Part shown: positions 17,684 to 24,770 of the stretch, in pieces
Numbering within the stretch: the first letter of the stretch is position 1
Layout of the letters: each line of letters starts with the position of its first letter
From: a virus
IMG/VR virus record: IMGVR_UViG_3300009551_000004
Length of the DNA: 64,000 bases
Direction: 5' to 3' (one strand)
Notes under the pieces: model-generated
Told to the model about the DNA's origin: nothing
Database searches by the model: none
The model's input: only the letters and a program-made list of their open reading frames with translations
Program-made: the position numbers and the translations under genes

Positions 17684-17868
17684 GACGTCAACCTCAGACA
17701 TTTCTCGCACCACGCGGCCTTATCCGTCTCGCGGAACGGGATGAGCTCCGATCCCCTGCCCGGGATACGACACGCCGCATAGGGGTACGACGTGTTCGGA
17801 TGGCCGTAGTGCACGGTCAGGCTGCCCGGGATCACCACGTTCGGCTTCGTGGGCACGAACGGGGCCAT
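17680..17868 (-). CDS. Small protein, paralog pair D
   Basis: PNVVIPGSLTVHYGHP..C...TD...C.KC shared with the next gene. Confidence 0.65.
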   Translation of the reverse strand: MAPFVPTKPNVVIPGSLTVHYGHPNTSYPYAACRIPGRGSELIPFRETDKAAWCEKCLRLTS

Positions 17869-18080
17869 CAGGCGTTACCTCCACACTTCGGGCAGTTCAC
17901 GGGCGCGTCGGTGACGCGGTACGGATTGGCCGGCAGTGGGCGCATGTCCGCCGCAGGCTCACACAGCGGATACGGCTCCGCCGTGTACGGGTGCCCCCGG
18001 TGCACCGTGACGCCGCCGGTCACCTGCACGTTCGGCGCGAGGTTGGGGTGCGCGGTCTCCAGCAACAAGGGGTCGATCAT
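17868..18080 (-). CDS. Small protein, paralog pair D
   Basis: PNVQVTGGVTVHRGHP..C...TD..NCPKC. Confidence 0.65.
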   Translation of the reverse strand: MIDPLLLETAHPNLAPNVQVTGGVTVHRGHPYTAEPYPLCEPAADMRPLPANPYRVTDAPVNCPKCGGNA

Positions 18081-18265
18081 CAGCCCAGTCCCTTCACGAT
18101 CATGCGCGCCGAGGCGACAAACCAGTCCAGATTTGGCACGGAACGCTGTGCGGTCAGATCCTCCGCCACGGTGCGGAGATTCGCGGCGGCTGCCGGCTCG
18201 TTTTTCAGCAGTGCCGCCGCTTCGTGCAACAACGCGACCTTGTCGGCGCGGTCGGCCGGCGTCAC
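18080..18265 (-). CDS. Small paralog family B protein (tandem copy 7)
   Basis: GTG start after GAAGGAG; GTGA overlap; DKVALLHEAAALL..VPNLD..ASARMIV. Confidence 0.6.
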   Translation of the reverse strand: MTPADRADKVALLHEAAALLKNEPAAAANLRTVAEDLTAQRSVPNLDWFVASARMIVKGLG

Positions 18266-18453
18266 TGTTCGGACTCCTTCACGGTCTCGCGCGCGTCGGC
18301 GAGGATGCTCTCCAGATCGGCGACGTCCCGGTTGGCGTCGAGGTCGTTCGCGGCGTCGTGGAACACCGCGCCCACCCACGAGTTGCCACTCAGTGCCGTG
18401 GCCTTGCGCAACAGGGCCACGTTCTCGGCGCGCTCTTTGTCCTCGGCATTCAT
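18262..18453 (-). CDS. Small paralog family B protein (tandem copy 6)
   Basis: ENVALLRKATAL...DLESILADARETV. Confidence 0.7.
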   Translation of the reverse strand: MNAEDKERAENVALLRKATALSGNSWVGAVFHDAANDLDANRDVADLESILADARETVKESEQ

Positions 18454-18665
18454 CGGTTCTCCCCATGCGCGTCGATGATGCGTTGCGCGACCACCAGCAG
18501 CGGATCGATATCGAGCGGCACGTCATGGGATTCCATGAACATCGCGGCGGTCACCAGATTTCCGTGCATGACCTGATCGGAAATATCCATGCCCAGCGGG
18601 CCGGCGTCATCCTCCACGATCTTCGCGGCCTTTCGCAGCAATGCCACCTGCTCGTCGCGGGTCAC
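18450..18665 (-). CDS. Small paralog family B protein (tandem copy 5)
   Basis: EQVALLRKAAKIV...LLVVAQRIIDAH. Confidence 0.7.
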   Translation of the reverse strand: MTRDEQVALLRKAAKIVEDDAGPLGMDISDQVMHGNLVTAAMFMESHDVPLDIDPLLVVAQRIIDAHGENR

Positions 18666-18880
18666 GACTTCTTTCCCTTCCCCAGGATCTCGATGAGTTT
18701 GCGCGCTTGCACCCGCCGGTCATCGAGGTTCGGCACCGAGCGGCCCGCTTCCAGGTCATTCGCGATGTCGCGCAGGGAAACGACCAACGCGACATCGTCA
18801 TCGTGCATGCCGGCCGGATCGGCAGCGGCGGATTCCACCGCGTTCGCGGCGGCGTAGAAAAGAGCGGCGTCGCCGCTCAC
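18662..18880 (-). CDS. Small paralog family B protein (tandem copy 4)
   Basis: ..LRDIANDLEAGRSVPNLDDRRVQARKLIEIL. Confidence 0.7.
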   Translation of the reverse strand: MSGDAALFYAAANAVESAAADPAGMHDDDVALVVSLRDIANDLEAGRSVPNLDDRRVQARKLIEILGKGKKS

Positions 18881-19086
18881 TGCGCCTCCATCACTCTGAC
18901 GAGTATCTGGGCCAGAATGAGGGTCTGTCCGATGCCCGGAACGGGGTGACCGGCTCGCAACTCCTTCGCGAGCTTGGTCAGGCTATCCGCCAGGAGGACA
19001 TCGGATGCGCGATCTGATGTCGGGTCCGTATCGGCGTACAGCAAATGCGCGGCGCGTTCCAGGATTGCGACCTCTTCCTCGCTCAC
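18877..19086 (-). CDS. Small paralog family B protein (tandem copy 3)
   Basis: EEVAILERAAHLL...LAKELRAGHPVPGIGQTLILAQILV. Confidence 0.7.
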   Translation of the reverse strand: MSEEEVAILERAAHLLYADTDPTSDRASDVLLADSLTKLAKELRAGHPVPGIGQTLILAQILVRVMEAQ

Positions 19087-19292
19087 AGTCGACCCTCCGA
19101 TCGCGCGTCGATGACGTCGCGGGCCGCGCTCAGAATGCCGGCCAGGCCCACCACGACACGGTCTTCCATCAGAGCGTTCGCCGTGGTCTGGAATGACGTG
19201 GCCAAGGCGATTTCATACAGGCGCGGTTCGACCAGGCCGCGCAGAATCGCGGTGGCCTCGCGCAGGATCTCGACCGAGTCGAAGATGGTCAC
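19083..19292 (-). CDS. Small paralog family B protein (tandem copy 2)
   Basis: SVEILREATAIL...GILSAARDVIDA. Confidence 0.7.
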   Translation of the reverse strand: MTIFDSVEILREATAILRGLVEPRLYEIALATSFQTTANALMEDRVVVGLAGILSAARDVIDARSEGRL

Positions 19293-19510
19293 TTCGCACC
19301 GCCGTGAACGGCGATGACCTGCCGGGCGATGTGCAGCTTGCCGGCCAGGTCCGTGATGGTCGCGCCGTTCGCCAGGGCGTCCGCAGCGGACCTGAGGCGT
19401 GCCACGAGTTCCATTTCCTCCAGGTCCAGGTCACGCAGGCCGGAGAGGGTCGTCGCGGCGTCGCGCAGGGTGGCGATGTCCCTGCCCTTTTCCGATTCCG
19501 AGTTCGTCAT
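19289..19510 (-). CDS. Small paralog family B protein (tandem copy 1)
   Basis: DIATLRDAATTL...DLAGKLHIARQVIAV. Confidence 0.7.
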   Translation of the reverse strand: MTNSESEKGRDIATLRDAATTLSGLRDLDLEEMELVARLRSAADALANGATITDLAGKLHIARQVIAVHGGAK

Positions 19511-19541
19511 GGCACGAACGTAGCGTAATGCCAGTGATGCG

Positions 19542-19733
19542 TCAATGGCGGGAGTCGGTGTGGCGTGCTTTTTGCAGCTCAGCCCACTCTTCGAGGGTCG
19601 GCAAGGAGTTCGGCGGGATGCGTGACGGGCGGGCGCGTACTTCGTGCCAGGTTTCCGAGGCCTGACGTCGGCGTTCTGGGGTCCAGGCAGCTTTCGCGGC
19701 GCGGGACAGGTGGGCTCGTTGCTCAGGAGTCAT
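19542..19733 (-). CDS. Small basic protein, first gene of the leftward block
   Basis: 63-aa ORF with no SD sequence; possibly a short-leader transcript. Confidence 0.55.
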   Translation of the reverse strand: MTPEQRAHLSRAAKAAWTPERRRQASETWHEVRARPSRIPPNSLPTLEEWAELQKARHTDSRH

Positions 19734-20071
19734 GGCTCGATAGTCGCATATCAGCGTCGGTCACGCAGCGGCCAAGACGACTGGTCACTTTCGATGCGTG
19801 CAGTCGGCACGGGCCGACCAGGAGCTGCACGGGCCGAGGGTTGGGCTCTGAGAGCGTCTCTGCGCCTCGAAAACGGCCTGGCAAGTACAACCTCCCTCGG
19901 AAGCGGAGAACGTGGCGCAGCGGGCCAACCAGGGGGCAGAACGGCGGCATGGCGGTCGAGGGGGGACCGGAGGCTTGTCGTGGGGCTCCCCAGATGCAGG
20001 TCGGGGCACGTTTCGGGGCTGGTAACCGGGGGTCGTCACTCTGCGTGCACCCCGAAAAGTGCTGCTCAGGG

Positions 20072-20112
20072 GTTGAGGAAGTTGAGGATGAGGGTGAAGG
20101 TGAGGGTGAAGT
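20072..20112. repeat. GTTGAGG x2 followed by a tandem TGAGGGTGAAGG x2
   Basis: Read directly; GTTGAGG is the inverse of the CTCAAC copies at 20217-20256. Confidence 0.8.
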
Positions 20113-20152
20113 GGGGCCACCCTCGGTGACCGAGAGTGACGAAAGTGGTAGT

Positions 20153-20208
20153 GGTTATATACGTATAGTATATCTTGATCTTGATAATAATCGAATTAGA
20201 CCTCCAAA
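20153..20208. other. AT-rich core between inverted repeat sets
   Basis: GGTTATATACGTATAGTATATCTTGATCTTGATAATAATCGAATTAGACC in an otherwise GC-rich genome. Confidence 0.7.
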
Positions 20209-20216
20209 ACCCCGGA

Positions 20217-20270
20217 CTCAACGCTCAACTTGGTGAGGGTGACCCTCGCCCTCAACTTGGGGGTGAGGGT
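20217..20270. repeat. CTCAAC x3 interleaved with TGAGGGTG x2 and the palindrome GAGGGTGACCCTC
   Basis: Read directly from the sequence. Confidence 0.8.
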
Positions 20271-20362
20271 GCTGGTTACCCTCGGCCTTTTCGTCGACAG
20301 AGGGTGAGATTCGGGGCCTGTGACTGGTTGGCCTCGATGCTCTTTCCCCCTTGTGCATGTGC

Positions 20363-20388
20363 GCGTACGCGTGCGTACGCGCGTACGC
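20363..20388. repeat. GCGTACGC x3 within an alternating purine-pyrimidine tract
   Basis: Copies at 20363-70, 20373-80 and 20381-88. Confidence 0.75.
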
Positions 20389-20567
20389 CCGACGGGGAGA
20401 GGCGAGGAGCGAGAGACGAGGAAACTTTGTCGGAACTTCTCGGCCCCCTAACGCGCCCGCGTCCGCGCGCATACAGGCACGCGGCGCGTGTGTCAAGGGG
20501 TGGGGAGCCAGAAGAAACGAGACGGTGCGTCTCGCCATGGGCTGGGTAGCCGTCGTATCCTGGAGCC

Positions 20568-21020
20568 GTGAGTGGTGGTGATGTGGCGGGAATCGAGCAG
20601 ATCGAGGCCATGTTGTATGTTGCGGGATTGAAGGATTGGGATTCCGTGAAAGCCATTCTGGATATGGTGGAAGAATATGCGAATACAAAAGATTCGCGTA
20701 TTCAGTTTATTCCCGTTAATAACGGTGCGTGCATTTGCGCGAAATTGCCGGATGAAGTACGCCGTCGCTTGTCCGCTCTCTATTCTGCGAAAGATTTTCC
20801 GCGAGAATCCGTGAAAGAGTGCTCGGAATGTAGATTGACATTGCCGAGATCTGAGTTCCATAAGAATCCTGGAACAAAGGATGGCAGACAATCTGCGTGC
20901 AAGGAATGTCGGAACAGAAGGCAACGGAAACTAAGAGTGGCGCGGCGATTGGCGCGAAGCGGGGCAATCATCGGAACGGATTGGTTTGATTCCGATGCGC
21001 CGTTCGACGACTTCGAGTAA
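20568..21020 (+). CDS. Hypothetical protein with C-terminal CxxC..F....DG....CxxC zinc-ribbon motif (moron-like)
   Basis: 150-aa ORF with GTG start; visibly AT-richer than its flanks; isolated rightward gene followed by two terminators. Confidence 0.65.
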   Translation: MSGGDVAGIEQIEAMLYVAGLKDWDSVKAILDMVEEYANTKDSRIQFIPVNNGACICAKLPDEVRRRLSALYSAKDFPRESVKECSECRLTLPRSEFHKNPGTKDGRQSACKECRNRRQRKLRVARRLARSGAIIGTDWFDSDAPFDDFE

Positions 21021-21041
21021 AGGAGGGTCACCCTCCTTTTT
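21020..21041 (+). terminator. Intrinsic terminator 1
   Basis: AAGGAGGGT-C-ACCCTCCTT followed by a T run. Confidence 0.8.
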
Positions 21042-21067
21042 ATTCGACCCCCAGGCCGTTATATGCT

Positions 21068-21091
21068 AAAGGAGGGTCACCCTCCTTTTTT
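21068..21091 (+). terminator. Intrinsic terminator 2 (duplicate of terminator 1)
   Basis: AAAGGAGGGTCACCCTCCTTTTTT. Confidence 0.8.
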
Positions 21092-21190
21092 ACTGGAGCG
21101 GGAGATCCCATTTGCTGGACATCATGCATGCTGCGGATCATTCGTAACCGTCATACATTCCCTGTTGTGGGCGATATGCGGCAGCCGTAA

Positions 21191-21431
21191 GGCGGCGTGG
21201 TGCTGGGAATAGCGGACTCAATGCAATGGCGTGTGACGGCGTGAGTGATACGCAGGGTGGCCTATGCGGCAGGGATTCGAGGCGGCGTGGGCGCTGAACT
21301 GCGGCGTTGCTGAGCGGCGAGTTTTCGGGGCCGCGATGGGTGAATGCCGATGCGGCGTGGTGGGGCAGTGGGGCGGCGGGATATTCGGCGGCACGGCGTG
21401 GGGTTTGGGGGTGTGGAGCGTGGCGGCGTGG
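21191..21431. repeat. Dispersed (G/T)GCGGCGTGG repeats in a G-rich noncoding stretch
   Basis: Copies at about 21191, 21281, 21351, 21392 and 21421. Confidence 0.6.
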
Positions 21432-21653
21432 TTTCTATTTGCCAAGCCTCGATGCCGTCACGCGCGACGCGCGCGTCATGCGATTGCCGAGTGGCGATGC
21501 GTCACGGTGACGAAAGCTCGACGCCGCGTCGAGGCCGGGCAGCTCTTGACCATCTATTTAAAATTCGAATCTCACCATTTGTTACTCGTCGTCAATCACT
21601 CATAAAAAATTTTTAAAAGGTGGTTCCCCGCGCGGGCGTGCGTGCGCCCTCCC

Positions 21654-21761
21654 TGTCCCATTTGTCCGTTACGTCTCTTCTGCGCTTCTTGTCCATGATG
21701 TCCACACAGTCCTAGATGTCCGTTTTGGTCGAAGTGTCCCCAATGTCCGATTTCCCTAGAC
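21654..21761. repeat. 9-bp-phased TGTCC array (about 12 units)
   Basis: TGTCC or one-off variants at 21654, 21663, 21672, 21681, 21690, 21699, 21708, 21717, 21726, 21735, 21744 and 21753. Confidence 0.85.
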
Positions 21762-21939
21762 ATACGTCTGTACACCTCCCCATCCGATCGTTGGATGGTA
21801 GGACGTCTGCTGAGCATGCGGCATTGCCACGCGGGCCCGCAGCAGGTCAGCCACGTAACGGCCGCACTGGGCCCTCATGTGGCCGCAGACGGCCGCAACC
21901 GCGTCTCCGGTGTGTTCGTACTGCCAGTGGCGCGTCATT

Positions 21940-21969
21940 GGTCTAGCACGCGCTCAGGGCCCGTGTAAA
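21940..21969 (-). promoter_or_regulatory. Leftward SigA-like promoter (TTTACA-18-TAGACC)
   Basis: GTGTTTACA family; points into the TGTCC array. Confidence 0.5.
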
Positions 21970-21985
21970 CACCCCCGATCGGCTC

Positions 21986-22014
21986 TGTACACACCGCGCC
22001 GCATGTGGTGTAAT
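21986..22014 (+). promoter_or_regulatory. Rightward promoter (TGTACA-17-TGTAAT)
   Basis: Located upstream of 22052..22252. Confidence 0.45.
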
Positions 22015-22051
22015 GAGCTTTCGTGGAATCGGAACAGGAAGGGGCAGAGCC

Positions 22052-22252
22052 ATGTTCGATGTCGAGGTGCGCCGCGCCGGTGGCTGGTCAGCCGTTGCGC
22101 CAGGCCTACCCAGCAGGCAGGAAGCGACCGACAACGCGGCCGAGGTGCGCCACGCCGAACGGCAACGACCGCAGGGAGCCACGTCGGTACGCGTGATGGG
22201 GCTGGATGGCAACGGCGTCCGCGTGCAACTCGGCGTGTGGAAGATCCGTTGA
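22052..22252 (+). CDS. Small hypothetical protein (66 aa)
   Basis: ATG after GGAACAGGAAGGGG; followed by a strong terminator. Confidence 0.6.
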   Translation: MFDVEVRRAGGWSAVAPGLPSRQEATDNAAEVRHAERQRPQGATSVRVMGLDGNGVRVQLGVWKIR

Positions 22253-22260
22253 ACGCCGAA

Positions 22261-22289
22261 ACGCCCCGCCGGATGATCCGGCGGGGCGT
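22261..22289. terminator. Bidirectional terminator
   Basis: 12-bp stem ACGCCCCGCCGG / CCGGCGGGGCGT between convergent genes. Confidence 0.75.
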
Positions 22290-22302
22290 CGAGTGGTGCG
22301 GG

Positions 22303-22881
22303 TCAGTCCTTGTTGCACTCGCGGTGATCCATGGTCACGTGCTCAATCCAGTGGATCACGGGCAACGGGCGGCCGTCCGGCATGCTGACCGCATAGCCGG
22401 TCAGCGGGACGCGGGTCATGCGGTTCAGTTCGTTACTGGCGCGTTTCTGCGCTTCCTCGGCCGCGAGGTACGTCCGGCAGTGCTCACAGTCGTCGCGCAG
22501 CGGCATGTGGTCGCACGCGTCCCCGAGGTGTTCGAGCGTGCGGAACATGTCCGCCAACAGAACCTCGGCCGCGTCGTGCGCCGACGCAGTGCAGTACGGC
22601 GCGTTGTTCGGCGAGTAACCCGCGTCGTTGTACCCCACGTGCAGCCGCGCGACGATCGGCGTGTAACTCGTGTGCTCCGCGAGCCAGTCCCATCCGGCAT
22701 CGGTCGGCTCGTGCTCCCACTTGCGCGCGGCAGGGGTGAGCAGTTCGCGCCCGACCAGTGCGGCCGTGGTGCCGGTGGACGGGTACGCGTGCGTGACCTC
22801 GGGGCCGATGTCGCCCGTGGCGATACGGCCGTACAACTCCAGTGCCGCGCGCATGATGCCGGTGAGCTTGTGCGTGGTCAT
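22303..22881 (-). CDS. Hypothetical protein
   Basis: 192-aa ORF in the track. Confidence 0.75.
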   Translation of the reverse strand: MTTHKLTGIMRAALELYGRIATGDIGPEVTHAYPSTGTTAALVGRELLTPAARKWEHEPTDAGWDWLAEHTSYTPIVARLHVGYNDAGYSPNNAPYCTASAHDAAEVLLADMFRTLEHLGDACDHMPLRDDCEHCRTYLAAEEAQKRASNELNRMTRVPLTGYAVSMPDGRPLPVIHWIEHVTMDHRECNKD

Positions 22882-22912
22882 GTGAACCCTCTTTCCGATT
22901 CCGGTCCGTTGT

Positions 22913-22952
22913 CCGTGGCGCGGGTCCGACCCCCATCGGGCCCCGCCATGGG
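22913..22952 (-). repeat. Intergenic long hairpin, G5-loop family, copy A
   Basis: CCGTGGCGCGGGTCCGA-CCCCCA-TCGGGCCCCGCCATGG. Confidence 0.7.
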
Positions 22953-22959
22953 CGACGGC

Positions 22960-23133
22960 TCAGAGCATGCCGTCGGAGTACCAGGGTTCCTCGGCGTACG
23001 GACCGGTGCCGTTGCACGCGTCGCAGTCGTCGACACACTGGACGTTCCACGAGCGCCCCGGCTCGGTCTGGGCCATGGTGTGCCCGTTGGCCGCGCGGTA
23101 GGGGCGCTGCCAGTCCTCAAGTTCCGTGTTCAC
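22960..23133 (-). CDS. Small Cys-containing protein
   Basis: GTG start after GGAATCGGAAAGG. Confidence 0.55.
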   Translation of the reverse strand: MNTELEDWQRPYRAANGHTMAQTEPGRSWNVQCVDDCDACNGTGPYAEEPWYSDGML

Positions 23134-23174
23134 GGTGTCTGCCTTTCCGATTCCGCAACCTGACACAACACATC

Positions 23175-23193
23175 ATGTCCCATCGTGGGACAT
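23175..23193 (-). promoter_or_regulatory. Palindromic operator module, site 1
   Basis: ATGTCCCA-TCG-TGGGACAT with -10-like TATGAT immediately upstream in gene orientation. Confidence 0.65.
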
Positions 23194-23218
23194 CATACAG
23201 CCGCCAAATGGGTGAATG

Positions 23219-23512
23219 TCAGTCGGTGAATTCGTAGCCGATGACCAGCGACCCGCAACGGCCGTAGCTGACGATTTCGCCGCGCGTGAGGGTTCGCTCA
23301 AGCCTGCGCACGGACTCGCCACCATCGCGGAGCAGTGCGGCCAGTCCGGCCGCGTAGTCCTCATGGCCACCCGCGTACGCCATCACCAGACCCTCAAACA
23401 CCCGCTCCGCACGCGCGAACCGTTCCGGGCTGTACGGCTCACGGTTCGCGATCATCATCGCCTTGTACGCCCGGTCGACCAGCGTGGCCAATTCCGCAGT
23501 GGTGGCAACCAT
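23219..23512 (-). CDS. Hypothetical protein
   Basis: Start MVATTAELA after ACGGAAACGGGAG. Confidence 0.65.
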   Translation of the reverse strand: MVATTAELATLVDRAYKAMMIANREPYSPERFARAERVFEGLVMAYAGGHEDYAAGLAALLRDGGESVRRLERTLTRGEIVSYGRCGSLVIGYEFTD

Positions 23513-23536
23513 CGTGATCACTCCCGTTTCCGTCGT

Positions 23537-23575
23537 CCGTGGCGTGGGTCCGACCCCCATCGGACCCCACCATGG
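23537..23575 (-). repeat. G5-loop hairpin family, copy B
   Basis: CCGTGGCGTGGGTCCGA-CCCCCA-TCGGACCCCACCATGG. Confidence 0.7.
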
Positions 23576-23587
23576 GCGACGGAACGG

Positions 23588-23824
23588 TTAGCCGAGGTAG
23601 GCCGATGCCGCGCGACCGTGGAATTGCACGGCGTCTGCCTCGGCCGAGGTCAGCGCGCGCACACTGCCCTTGGCGACGCACGGCGTGTACCCGGTCCGGT
23701 CCATGGTGACGCTCACGCCGTTGCCGGGCACGCACTCGCGCACGGTGGCCGATTCCCAGTAGCGCGGACCGGCCGTGTCGTCGAGGTGCACCATGACCAC
23801 GTCACCCGCGCGAAAGTCCTGCAT
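23588..23824 (-). CDS. Small hypothetical protein
   Basis: ATG (MQDFRAGD) after GGAAACGGAAACGGAA. Confidence 0.6.
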   Translation of the reverse strand: MQDFRAGDVVMVHLDDTAGPRYWESATVRECVPGNGVSVTMDRTGYTPCVAKGSVRALTSAEADAVQFHGRAASAYLG

Positions 23825-23866
23825 TCTGACCACCCATTCCGTTTCCGTTTCCGAACTGCGTCAAGC

Positions 23867-23885
23867 ATGTCCCATGGTGGGACAC
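23867..23885 (-). promoter_or_regulatory. Palindromic operator module, site 2
   Basis: ATGTCCCA-TGG-TGGGACAC. Confidence 0.65.
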
Positions 23886-23931
23886 CGCACAGCCGCCAAA
23901 CGGGTGAACCATGACGGTCCACCCGTTTGCG

Positions 23932-24396
23932 TCAGTCGTGGTACAGCCCTGCCACGGTCGTCTCGCCCGGCAGTGTGGTGTCTGGGCGGGCCCGGTCGCG
24001 CACAGTCGCCGGTACGTAGAGGTTCTGGCCCTCACGGCCCGTTTCGCGGCTCAGTGGCGTCACGTGGCGGCCCAGCCAGCGGCGCGCGCTCTCCTCGCCG
24101 ATGCCGCGCACTTTGGCCACGTGTGCGCACGCCTGGTCCGTTGTCCAGTACGGCTCATGGCGCGGTTCCGGCAGCGTCCACCCGTCAGTGATTTCCCGAT
24201 AGACGGTCGTCGCGCTGTCACCGCTCACGTGTTCCACCAACACCATGCCGCGATCGAAATTCGGGCCTTCTCGCTGGGCCAGTTCCTCGGCAATCGCGGC
24301 TTGCGCCGTCAACGCGTCGCGGTAGCGCGAATCGGTGACCGGCACACGGGCATGCCACACACCGAAACCGTCGGCCCACGTGCTGATCTCGGACAC
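23932..24396 (-). CDS. Hypothetical protein
   Basis: GTG start after AGTAGGGAGGAA. Confidence 0.7.
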   Translation of the reverse strand: MSEISTWADGFGVWHARVPVTDSRYRDALTAQAAIAEELAQREGPNFDRGMVLVEHVSGDSATTVYREITDGWTLPEPRHEPYWTTDQACAHVAKVRGIGEESARRWLGRHVTPLSRETGREGQNLYVPATVRDRARPDTTLPGETTVAGLYHD

Positions 24397-24405
24397 GATT
24401 CCTCC

Positions 24406-24723
24406 CTACTTGCTCACGCTGGCCAGCAGCACGGCCAGTCGACCATTGGCGAACGAGTCACCGTTGCCCAGTCCGGACGGGTTGACGCATCCACGCGCGT
24501 CGATTGTTCGCGCGCCGTGGATCATCACCTGTCCGTACACGTCACCCCAACGCGCGCAGTCCGCCGTCCACCCATCGGCCGCCGCGTCGGCGGCCGTCAA
24601 CGTGCGCGGCGTGCTGATCGTCGGATCGATGGCGGTCACGTGGCGGCCGTTCGACATGGCGCAGCCGGTGAACGCGACACAGCCGAGAATCACGCCGATC
24701 AAAGCACCCATGAGCGTGCGCAT
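24406..24723 (-). CDS. Putative lipoprotein
   Basis: MRTLMGALIGVILGCVAFTGC: signal peptide plus lipobox-like FTGC. Confidence 0.65.
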   Translation of the reverse strand: MRTLMGALIGVILGCVAFTGCAMSNGRHVTAIDPTISTPRTLTAADAAADGWTADCARWGDVYGQVMIHGARTIDARGCVNPSGLGNGDSFANGRLAVLLASVSK

Positions 24724-24770
24724 TGTGTGTTCTCCCTCGTTCCGTTTCCGTGTGTTGAACCGCGTCAAGC

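Noticed and set aside
21596-21817. 73-aa minus ORF with an xGH tripeptide repeat, and the plus ORF 21716..21946, over the TGTCC array
   Set aside because: The open frames are a by-product of a 9-bp DNA repeat. There is no RBS. The only nearby promoter ends 1 nt from the start of the neighbouring ORF 21756..21938. The repeat core matches a DNA operator half-site. Kept as a DNA repeat, not a CDS.
21877-23163. 428-aa plus-strand ORF. Similar long shadows occur at 13548..14819 (+), 15220..16431 (+), 1752..2840 (+), 32714..33835 (+), 42720..43679 (-), 58414..59205 (-) and 60086..60877 (-).
   Set aside because: All are antisense to well-supported genes. They are Arg/Pro/Gly-rich, lack RBSs, and cross several real gene boundaries or intergenic regulatory elements.
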